Positions 14,101 to 25,023 of a stretch of DNA of 64,000 nucleotides are shown here, one piece after another. Source of the DNA: Lingula anatina (lineage: Eukaryota; Animalia; Brachiopoda); NCBI GenBank assembly GCA_051362555.1, contig CM120645.1:22506001-22570000 (forward strand). Reading direction: 5' to 3'. Within the stretch, counting starts at the first letter, position 1, and each line of letters starts with the position of its first letter. A program made the position numbers and the translations under genes. The notes beneath the pieces are model-generated. The model had not been told where the DNA came from. It made no database searches and saw only the letters and a program-made list of their open reading frames with translations.

Positions 14101-17100
14101 ATCAGTGTAACAGATGGTTGGATATCCTCTTGCACTTTATGGAATCAGAATCTGAAACAGAAATGAAAACTGTTGGTGAGGTGCACCCTTTTATAAATTC
14201 TCTTTGACCTGGTTCATTTTGATTTTAAGTGTGGACTCCATGGTATGCATATGCAATGGTGCTTTAATAAATAAGGGTTCTGATCTTAGGTACCTTGCAC
14301 TGCACACTTTGAGATCACTTATCTTGCTAATTTTGAAAACATCTTTGATTAATGTAATTGGGACCCCTACAAAGAGCACTTGCATGGCCATTTCTATACT
14401 TGAAAACTATGTCTAGACAAGATGGCAGCATTTTGCTATTTGCCCTTTGGTTTGGTATTATAATCCAATTGATTGATAGGTAGATTGGGATTCCTTTTCC
14501 TGTTTAAAAAATTGGTTTCCTCCAAATAAAAGTATAAAATATGTTGAGAAACTTTGGAATTATACCACCAGGCCCTAGGGAGGACGCATATTTCGTTGTT
14601 TTTCATCAGTCATTTTCAGCACAACAACTGCTCTGTGCTTCACATGGTACATTGCTAGTTACTGGGTTTCAAATTATTAGGATGTTTTGTGCAAGAAACC
14701 AGGGCTTCTGTATTGAGTGGATGATTCCACTTGACTTAAATTACCGAAACAATAAAAAAACGAGAAAAATCATTTCCGAGTATTACGTTTGCTCAGTATG
14801 AAGTCATTGGAGGTCAGGGTTGACCTGTTTACACATGGGTGAAAAGGATCGTCCCCAGTGCACACAAGGGCCACAAGAGCACTTCTAGAACTAATACAAA
14901 GATGTGAGACAAGGAGAATGGGAAGTCATAGTCACTGACTGGTGAACAAGAATGCAAGAACATTTTAATTGGGAAATGGCTCATTTTTGACTTATCATAA
15001 AGTCAGTTGTTACATTTTTGGTACTTTTTGCTGCTTCCTTTTTCAAACTGGGTTCAAAACTGGTACCTGGGAGAACCATTTGGGCTGGTGTAAATGTTCC
15101 ATAAGGTTACAAATAGGGAACCATAATTTGACCAGACTGCAATTTTTTCTCTAGCTGCTTTTTTTCCCCACATTGTGACTCTGTGGGAATTTGTGGATTT
15201 GGGGATCAGTATTCTGTACAATTGGTAATATGCTGTTTACTCATAGACAGCAGCTGTTTTTATTAATAAATATGATATTATAGCATGGGTTGGCACAGAG
15301 CAGAGTAGAATGTTCACCATTTTGGAAGGTAATGTGAAAAGAACAAGTAGTGGTGATATTACAGATAAATTGTTATAGTCTGAATCAGCGTACTCTTGGA
15401 TAAATTTTACAGACCACATTTGTATTCCATACCCTGGCATTTCTCAGACAAGAATAACATGCAAGTTCAAATGTCTGAATGTACAATTTTTATGAAGAGA
15501 AGTCATTTTAGGGCCAGCTTGGTTTTTACTCCATAGCTGAAGGATTTGACACTTGCTATGTTGTGGCCTTCTCCTAGAGCAGTAACCAGCTACAGGCAGT
15601 TCCAGTCCGGATACATCTTGTATTAATATTGGAATCGTTAATGCAGTGGCCAGAAATGCATTTCTGACATCTTCATGTTTGGAGTGGAACTCTGGACCTG
15701 GTGGCTGGTATATAAATCAACATAAATTGCCAACATTTAGGATCTGGAATTCATTGTCTGGTTTTTGAAGTCAGTAATGGTGCACCGTACTATGTGTATA
15801 GCCTCTCTGGGCTGTGTGGAATTTCACCTTGTAGTTTAGGTATTCCATAAATTGATCACCAACTAGTGCATTAAAGATGTACTATATTACAGTAAATACA
15901 TTTGAAAATTTCCCATGGTAAATTTTTTTTTCTGTTTACATATCTTTTAAACCTACTTATCTCTGCCAATCCAGACCTTAAAAATGATTTTAAGAACTTG
16001 ATTGCGATATTTCCTTCTGAGGTGTACAGGAAGACATGGCAGCATAAGATGATTGTCCAGACATTAATAACTAAATAATTTAATCAGGAACATTGCATCC
16101 AAGTGATGGTTGAGCATTGAACGGCGAGTCTGAGAAATTGTCTGCCACAAATAGCTCAGATTGGACCCAATGCATTTACTAGTAGGCATTTGGTTGAATA
16201 ATTATTTCAGGTCCTTAGGCAGCACAGGTATGGAGGAGGAGGGGGTTATTAGTCACACTCATTTGAATCTCTAGAATGATCAAACAGTTTTGAGTTAATT
16301 GGATTGGTAAGATTAGCTTATAACTTAAACCTGAGTAACATTAGATGATTCTTAATGTTTCACCATTGGTGGTAGATTTTTGATGTTGTATTAGGTAAAT
16401 GCCATTTGGGGCATGATTAACCTTGTGAGTGGGAAAAGATTACTGCAGTAATACCGTCTTGTCACAAACCATTTCAAAATGGTTTTTTTAATGGGTTATG
16501 TAAGTTAAATAATTTTTCCACCAGATTGGAATTGGCTGTAGTTGTCATGGTGACTGTTACAAGTCGTCATGGTGACTTACCTGTTTTAGTAGTGGGGAGA
16601 TTTAGCTAAGGATTATTGCATGATCTTCAACTTGGACAAATGAGAGAAAAACGTGGGTGGAATTGGTCAGAATAGAAAAAACTCTGTTTTTGTTTGGAAG
16701 TTATGATTTTGATGGGGAGGAGAGTCAATCAGGACTAAGCAATTATTTTTATACATGTGAAAAAAAAAATCTAGTTTTAAAAAGCTTTTTAATGGATCTT
16801 TAAGCTGGACACTTTCTTGAATACCAGTCACAGAGAACTATTTTCAACTTTCTAAAACATTCACAAACTGGTCATAATGTTTATAGCAGACAGGACAAAT
16901 TAAACCAGAGTTTAGAAGGTCCTGGGTGTTATGTTTGGGATTTGCAGTCATAAAAATGGCCAAAAACATGGCTGTAAAATTTATGCCACACCTTAGTTTT
17001 CTGAGAAGCAGCAGAAACTTGTTGTTTACTGACATTTTTTCTACTGGTTAAACATAGGAAGGAAATGTGAAATCTGTTGCCTGGTTTCTTTTTGTTTATT

Positions 17101-17909
17101 TTTCAAGATAAACAAGGGAAGGGCCAGGAATTGATAACATGTTAAATATTAGGGAAGCAGCTACTCTCCATAATCAAGTGTACATTAATTCTGGTCAGGT
17201 GAATTTTGGCCCAGTCAATTTTGTCACCTATTTAATGAAGAATAAAATCACAATCGATACTGACATGGGAAAATATGATTGATTGATTTTCTTCAAATGA
17301 GTGGGAAATATCTGTGAAGAGTAATTTGCATAAAAGATTTTTTGTTTCAATTTTGTCATGGCCTTTCTGGTAAAAAAGTCTATATGTGAAACTAATCCAA
17401 GTTTCTGATCCTGTTAAACCCAACCTAACGATCTGGAATTGTTAGTACATAGCCATAAGTGGAAGGCTAAAGCTATAGTAATTACTATAAGACTTGTATG
17501 AAAGTGCAAAGGCATGTAATGTTGGTTTATAGACAGGTTATCAGTTGCTCCCTGATTGTTTTTCTTTGAGTAGAGAAAATACACAAGCACTAATGCTGGT
17601 AGCTAATTGAGAAGTTATACATGTATCTACTTCAGAATAGGAGATCAACAGTGTTGAACACACCCTTATTTGTATATATCTGATAATGATATTCTTCAGA
17701 AGTTGAGAGTTACAATGAAATATTAAATGTCTATTTACTTGTTTGTTTTACATGAAACTGTGTTGTCATTTTCAGGAGTGCTGAATATTTTGACAACAGG
17801 GAAAATAATCATTTTATAATGCTATATTTTGTTACAAATTTATCAGATCTTTAAGAGATACCGTCCAGCATATGCTACTTTGTTTACCTTTCTGGACCCA
17901 ACTTTCTAG

Positions 17910-18089
17910 GGGGTCATTTCGATACTCCCCCGTACCGATAATCTCCCCTTAGTAATTTTTTGTATTATGCGCATCGATACGACCCAACACTGATAGATCC
18001 CCGCACAGGTGCATTCCCGCACGGATACTCCCCCTTAGTATATCTGTAATTGTGGGGAAGTATTGATGCGGGGATGTACTGGTGTAACC
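17910..18089. mobile_element. non-autonomous DNA transposon with 9-bp TSD (Mutator/MULE-like)
   Basis: ACTTTCTAG at 17901-17909 and 18090-18098; GG...CC ends; internal repeats of a gatactcccc-type unit, inverted at the right end. Confidence 0.7.
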
Positions 18090-19232
18090 ACTTTCTAGTA
18101 TATTTTTGTCCCAAAACCATAGGTAAAACTTTACTACTATTAAAATAAAACAAAATAAAACTTGAGCACATGGTTTGTGACACAAGTTTAGATGGCGCCA
18201 CTCTTGCAGTTTTGGAGCTGGTTGTGACAGTCCTAAGTGGAACTTGAAGAAGTGTTTTTCTTGAAAATTTTGCTGAGGTGCCACGTGATGAGTATAGATG
18301 GCTTGTTTGTATTACTTAACCTATTTACTCTGTGATGTTTGGCACAGAACCTAAAAAGTGTCAGGAGACACTTGCCTGTGACATGTTCATTTTGGTGCAC
18401 TCATTCATGTACACCATTGAACACATGCCAGAATTTAGCCTTCTGCTCTTCTTTCAGACTTTTTATTTTTTGTGATTATAAGGGAAATCTGATTTTTTTC
18501 TTGGCATTTTTCCAACCAAAGCATCCCCTCCTCCTCTGGGTCACATAAGGCTAAGCTATCCATATCTCCAACTTTTTTCTTACGACACAAAAATCATGCC
18601 TGTTCTGCGATACAAGCAACTTATACAGGCACTCATAATTAATTTCTTCAGATGTTCATTCAGTGTTTGTCAAAGTGGTGAATATCTTCCAGATGATTTG
18701 TGATTTAATGTTTTTCATACTTTGACATTAAATCTCAACACCTAGTAAAAAGAGCCCTTACCAGGCAATTGTTTTACAAGGTGCAGTCACATTACCAGTA
18801 AAGTTCCAGAACTTTACAATGGTTTTTATGCTGATATAGTTATAATACTTAACTTTTTTGCTATGAAAAAAAATTCTCACAGGGTGTATTAATTAGCTTT
18901 ACCAGTCATAAAGGTGTTTCTCTTTGCGGATTTTCACTTTTCTTCGTTGTATATTCAGACACCTTTTACTCATTCCCCCTGCTGTGTCACAGATGAGGGG
19001 TGTAACATCAGAGGTCCATACTGCCTACAGCACATTTCCTTCAAATCAATTCTATCCCACTGGCCATAAACCTGTTTTTCTACTGCAAGATCTGAAACAA
19101 TTTGCCGCCTTTGCCTTATTTCACCTACTGGGCTACTGATGAGGGGTGTAACTTCAGAGGCGAGTTGCCGTTAGTCTCCCGCGTTGACCTTAATTCAATT
19201 ACCAACTGTCTGGAGTGGATGCTGGAGAGCTG

Positions 19233-19246
19233 GTTACCATGGTAAC
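19233..19246. promoter_or_regulatory. RFX X-box motif
   Basis: perfect palindrome GTTACCATGGTAAC matching the RFX consensus. Confidence 0.45.
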
Positions 19247-19792
19247 TGCCCATCTGGCAGACACCTTTGCTGGCATTTCAGGTATAAGGTGGTCAGAAAT
19301 GTCATTACCTTTATTTTATTATTAATTTATGAATTGGTTTTGGTGTGAGTCCTATTTATTTCCTTTTCGATTATGGTGAGGGTCTGCTTACGAATCCTGC
19401 ACGTTTTAGAGGTTAGAGTATGGTGTATGTTTTACATTTTACCACAATTGATGGAAATTGGTTGAAAAATTAATTAATATTCAGAGTTATTTGATTCACC
19501 CTGTATTTTGAAGACATAGCCTATTCCTCAACTGTCCATGTTAATTGATAATTTCATGGTTCTCTTGGTGACCACAGGGCGGTTCAAAAGGTAAAAACAT
19601 GGGTTGTTTCCATCTTAATTACAGTTTACTTTAATGTCAGTCTCTTTCACACCTGGGTGTTATTTTTTTCTTAGCAGGTAGAAATTGCTGCCACTCCAGT
19701 GTTAACCAGTACATATATATCCATCAAAAATATTAGAATTATAAGAAGAACATGGATATCCCAGCAGGGATAGTGTTTTCATGGAGGTGATA

Positions 19793-19793
<1 letters not shown>

Positions 19794-19856
<63 letters not shown>
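19794..19856. repeat. (TA)n microsatellite
   Basis: direct reading; another at ~46686-46752. Confidence 0.95.
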
Positions 19857-19860
<4 letters not shown>

Positions 19861-20052
19861 ATTTTGATGGTGCAAGGTACCCTTATTAGGAGTTCAGAGC
19901 ATGGCAGGTTAGAGATTCTAGAACATGATGTTAATAGTAAAATATAATAGAAAGAAGTAGAATGTTTCACTCTTGATGGGTTATGGCCATAATTGCTGAA
20001 TCAAACATGGAAATGTATGATTACCTGATATCATTCTTAAAAGAGCAACTTA

Positions 20053-20639
20053 TACCCCGTTCACACTACAATCTGAAATATCCGAATTTTTGCAATGCGA
20101 ATTACGGGTGAAAAATCCGATTCGGTTGTCTGGCCACACACAGCAAAGGGAAACCGAATCGTGCACTGAAAATTCAGGTGGAGGTTCCGGTTTGAAGAAT
20201 CGCCCATGCGCAGAATCCATGAAAACAAAAATATGGCGCCAATCATTGGTCTTCTCGCACTCAGTTTTTTTTCTTGTGTGTTTGTTTTTGGAACATCAAA
20301 TTTAACCCAAAAGTCGTCAAAAGTAAGATTTAAGTAAGAACAGGAAGAATTTGACAGATACAAGAAGGAGACTAGCCGGATTTCAATGGAGAGTGTGGGT
20401 CCACTGACCTGGCATGTTGCTTTTCTTTCCCGCGAGATTTGCTAGTGCATGCGCAGTGAGATCTAAACAGGTGGCCCTTCCTGTAAAGTAACCGAATCGC
20501 TGGAGAGAATCCAGCTCGCTAGTAGGATTTTTGGAAACCGGTTTACAAAAATCCTCATGCGTTCAGACTACCGCAATAATTCGAATCTTGACCCAATTCG
20601 CTATTTAACCGGTTAAATGACTGCAGTGTGAACGGGGTA
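20053..20639. mobile_element. PIF/Harbinger-type MITE
   Basis: TIR TACCCCGTTCACACT(A/G)CA at both ends, TTA on both flanks, extended imperfect subterminal inverted repeats, CpG-rich interior. Confidence 0.88.
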
Positions 20640-22070
20640 TTATATCATGTAGACTTGATTTTGAAAATAAAAGCAATACTAGGTGTTTTGGCGCATGCAG
20701 TGTATAATATCACAGTTCACTCTGTTTGTCTTAGAAGTTGCACAAAAAGAAAACATAAAAGCAAAACCTCTGAAGCTTTCACCTTCTTTTAAAATGTGTT
20801 ACAAAAAGTCTTGTAACAGTTGTTAATTTGATCAAGATTTATGTGTCCCAGGGCACATGTCCATTAAAAGGTCTTGTAGTGTAGGCGCAAGAGAACAAAC
20901 TTTGCCTGTTAATAGTGTTACGGGCGTGTTATTACGTGTGGAATGGTATTTTTCAAAGTTACGTTAAATAACAAATGCTGCCATGCTTCGAAAAGGACCC
21001 TTTATGAAATGCGTAATCCCTGGTTTGAAAGTTGAATCTGGGAGCAAGAGTAAGAATAGCATGAAACCAATAGTGACTGGTAGTAACTGACTGAAAAATA
21101 AACTTTGGTACCTAGAATCAGTTGGATATTAGACTTAATTGGCTTCCTGACAATAGGTTTTGTGTGTTTTTTTTGTTGTTTTTGTTCTGGTCTTCAAACA
21201 GTTATGTTACTAAATGGGTCAGCAAAGTTTCTTTGGGACAAATTCTTCAAACTGCTCTTTTTTTGTTCTGTTTTCCCCAGAGATTTCATTGGTAGTAATG
21301 AGTATTTCACGTGTGATGGCTACGTGCATGCATGGCCACCTTACGATCCAGACACTTATGTTTTTTTGCCTCGTGCAATTTGGAAATGCATCAGTTTTGT
21401 TCCTCTGAATGGAATACAATTTTGTTTTTTAAACTGGGTCGTTCATGCAGTTTGGCAGTTTCATGTTAAGATTTGGGTTGAACCCTCATTATTTGTCTTT
21501 AATGCCTTCTAATTTGGCTTTATGAGCACTTTAAACAGTTTCTCTTGCAAAACATTTATTCAGTTTTTTTTTTTTTTGCACTACTGGTGTTTAGGTCCTC
21601 TGACAAAATCAAAATCTCCTCTGAGTAGCCTTTGACAAAATATAAAACTTTTTTTAACACACTGAATACAGAAAGTACTTTTATGTCTGAGTTGTTACAT
21701 TTGAAATATTATTAACTGATGTTCTACTCAAGTAATGTTTGAGTATGGTTTGCCTCAAGTTTTGTAAATATGTCTGTTTCCATATTATCTGCTTCCAGTC
21801 CTTGTTTTATCATGGCTCCAGAATTCTGTCTCTGGGCACTAATTGCATTTGTTTGAGCTTATTAGTGTGCAGAAGTCCAGAACTTTTGACTCTTAATTTT
21901 TTGTGGAGATCGGTTTCTGTTTCTTGATCGGATGTCCTTGGAAATATATTGAAGGTATTTAGGCACACCCTCCCCCACCAGCTCAAAAATTAAAAAAACA
22001 GAAAAAAAAAGAAATCTGGGGTGGGGGTTGGGTTCGAGGGTGGTGGTTCAGGAGAACAACCAAGCTAGCA

Positions 22071-22104
<34 letters not shown>

Positions 22105-22892
22105 AGAGAGAGAGAGAGAAAACCTCAAGGTTGTGGACTGCCCAATACAAGCATATCAGTGTTTTGGAGGCGGAGATTCAAACAGCAGGCAATCAGTGAC
22201 CAACAGCTCATACAGAGATAACGATCAGAGTCGGATTCCAGCGGAGTCATCCACTCCACTCTATTATTTCCTGCCAGTGAACTTGTGTGATGCCACAGTT
22301 ATGCTGGATGTGTTTGAATGATTCATTATGTAAACTCTATTGCCACCGCGTGATAACATATAAAAAGCTTTCACCTACAGCAATAGAAACAAATGAGACA
22401 TTTTGGCAAAATAGAAAACACCTGCTTTTATTAATTTTGGGGCCTTTTTTTTTGCTTGTTTGTTGCTCAAATGAAGTCAAATGGCTCAGCAGAGAAGTCT
22501 TTGGTCTTTCTTTGTAGTGTTTCCTGAAATAAAGATGTGGGGTAGTATAACTATGTGGTCTATACTTGCGTGATTCACTCTAAAAACTTTTGTGGCTGAG
22601 TGTACTGTAGTCACACTCTCCTCTAGTCTGCTTGATTTATGACTTCACTATTGCTAAATGTTCCCGAATTCTTGGAGTTGGGTTGAGAATTAGGTGTCAG
22701 AAGAAACAAGGTGGTGTGGTATTGCCATGACTGCATTGCATTGAACTATTTATTACCAGCTCATGATTCATGTCATAAAAACAGTGAGCTCCTCATGAAA
22801 TGTGCTTTATCAAAGTCAAGTTTGATACTAAGGCTGGTAGGAAAAACAAGAAGGCTGGGATAGCAAGGCTGTGAATCGAAAGGGTAGAGTTA

Positions 22893-23116
22893 GACTCCGT
22901 TCACATGAAAAATCTTTTTTCCGAAAATCTATTTTCTATTCGTGGTATCTTGTGATCACTCCAAGCGCAGCCGAGAATTAATTACAGCTTTGGAAGTAAT
23001 TGGCTCGCGCTGCCAGTAATTACGCCGCGGGGTATTCAGGGCACAGACCGTGATCACAAGATACCGCAAATAGAAAATAGATTTTTAGAAAATAGATTTT
23101 TCATGTGAACGAAGCC
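22893..23116. mobile_element. PIF/Harbinger-type MITE
   Basis: ~75-bp TIRs (G(A/G)CT(C/T)CGTTCACATGAAAAATCT...ATCTTGTGATCAC), flanks TTA / TTG. Confidence 0.85.
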
Positions 23117-23688
23117 TTGAAGTTCTGTAATATATAGGGGGGATTGGTTTGTGGATTTGAAATTTATATTTTCTCTGTACTGCATTAGCACCACATTATG
23201 TAACCATATTATGTGATTTACTGTTGTTTAGGTATCTGAAACCCTTCTCTCTGACATGTTGCAACAGTGTTTTGGAAACATGCCTAGAAGTTCGGTAGTT
23301 TACTGGAGTACTTGAGATTTCTGTCATATTTATATTCATGTTTTGGGGAGCGACCTTGTTGCATGCAGAGCATTTCCAGATTACACAGTTTGGCTTACGT
23401 AATTAGAGTCAAGAATCATATGATTGCCAAAACTTATGAACACTTAAAAGATCAGGAATTAAGGTAGATGTTTATTTTATTTTTGCTATACTTTGATGAA
23501 TACTGGTTAATAGTATGTTGTGTTCATGTTATAGGCACTTGAACATGTATGTGTTCTTGAATAATATGATGGTTAGTTTTTTCATATTTCTCAAACTTAG
23601 CTGAAGCACAAATGATAGAATGTTTTCTGAAACATTTTTTCTGCATGATCACATGGCTCCTCATTATGGTGCCTTGGCTTAGCTTACT

Positions 23689-23856
23689 CAGGGGCAGATC
23701 CAGAGATATTTCGGAAAGTCTTTCAAATTATCTTTGTTGATCCATCCTCCATTTTGACCATCTTCCGACAGAAATAAATAGATGCCTGTCAATGTAAACT
23801 TGAAAAGTTCTGACTGTCGTCCAGAAGATACAGGAGATGGCTTCCAGCCACCACTC
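23689..23856 (+). mobile_element. MITE family A copy (diverged)
   Basis: shares aaattatctttgttgatcc and gaccatcttccgacagaaa with 8632-8799; flanks TTACT / TTACC. Confidence 0.8.
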
Positions 23857-23870
23857 TTACCATATATATT

Positions 23871-24182
23871 CAGGCCTACCCTACTACCAGACTCGGCTGG
23901 TCCCGAATTCACCGGTAGATCGAACCACACTACCCGTTTTCAAGGTGTGCGTCAGTACGCATTTCACAGTATCATACCCCGGAACAAGTTATGAGATGAG
24001 ATGCAGTACTTTCCAACTCTGCTTAGAATCATCACTATCATATCGCGTACTAGGCAAGAGCGGTGTCGCCTCTGATACTTCAAAGCGCGTACTGATACAC
24101 ACCTTGAAAACGGGTATTGTGGTCCGATCTACCGGTGAATTCAGGATCATTCGGTGCCGAGTCTGGTAGTTGGATAGGCCTG
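23871..24182. mobile_element. MITE with long TIRs (CAGGCCTA termini), apparent 6-bp TSD
   Basis: ~110-bp imperfect TIRs (caggcctaccctactaccagactcggc / gccgagtctggtagttggataggcctg); TATATT on both flanks. Confidence 0.85.
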
Positions 24183-24956
24183 TATATTTAACATACCATT
24201 GTATGATGTTAGTATTATCAGCATGGCATGATTCTGTCTGTGTGCATGCTAACTATAGAACTGTTGTGATGATTATGTAAGAAATAGACTTCTTCGTTTC
24301 AACCATTCCATCTTGTGTTGTGTCTGAACTTGCCTAATCTTCCCGAATACTGTCAGGGGCCCCTCTGTACATATCTCAGACACCATTTAAAGGTTACAGT
24401 ATTATATTTTAGTCTGAACTTCAACAAGGAGTCTGCCCTTTATGTGGCATAGTCTGGCTTTAAGATGGTAACTTTGGTTTATGTCTGGTATGATTGTGTG
24501 ATATACATCTATATTCATTGCTGATGTTTTAAATGGAAAGATAATATGTTTGGCTGTTTCTCATAGAATTTTTAGTGTTGAGAATTTGTAGCATTTGTCT
24601 GGGAAGTTAAAATTTTTGTTAACTTTTCATTGGCATTTCCTTGTCATAATGCTGAATATCAACATATTTACACAATAATCTATTTTTCTTTCTTATATGA
24701 AAACAAACAGTAACATTAGGATTAGGACAAACAGCCAACAAAAGTCGACATATTTTGAACTGAATAAATTATTATTATTATTATTATTATTATTTATTTC
24801 ACAATATATTGGTTAAAATTGGTGCCAGTTTTCCTTGATGATTCATGCTTCATTTTTGACCATGTTATTCATAGACATTACATGAATAACTGTTGTATAC
24901 TTGTACTTTACAGATAGAAGTGGATTCAACGTAGAGCAGTGAAAGAAGGACGGAGG

Positions 24957-25023
24957 ATGGGAGAATTACAGCGAGCGCTGGCATTTTCTTTATATTGTCT
25001 GTATATTTCAACAGTGAGATCAT
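24957..25023 (+). CDS. Nrg: coding exon 1: signal peptide MGELQRALAFSLYCLYISTVRS (exon begins 24914)
   Basis: tttacag acceptor ending 24913, AGGATGG start context, donor T|GTAAGT, phase 1 fits next exon. Confidence 0.8.

Noticed and set aside
19779-19970. ORFs with (YI)n runs, also 46551-46944
   Set aside because: Products of (TA)n microsatellites.
23688-24169. 80-110 aa ORFs over the MITE pair
   Set aside because: Lie in non-autonomous repeats; no transposase motifs.
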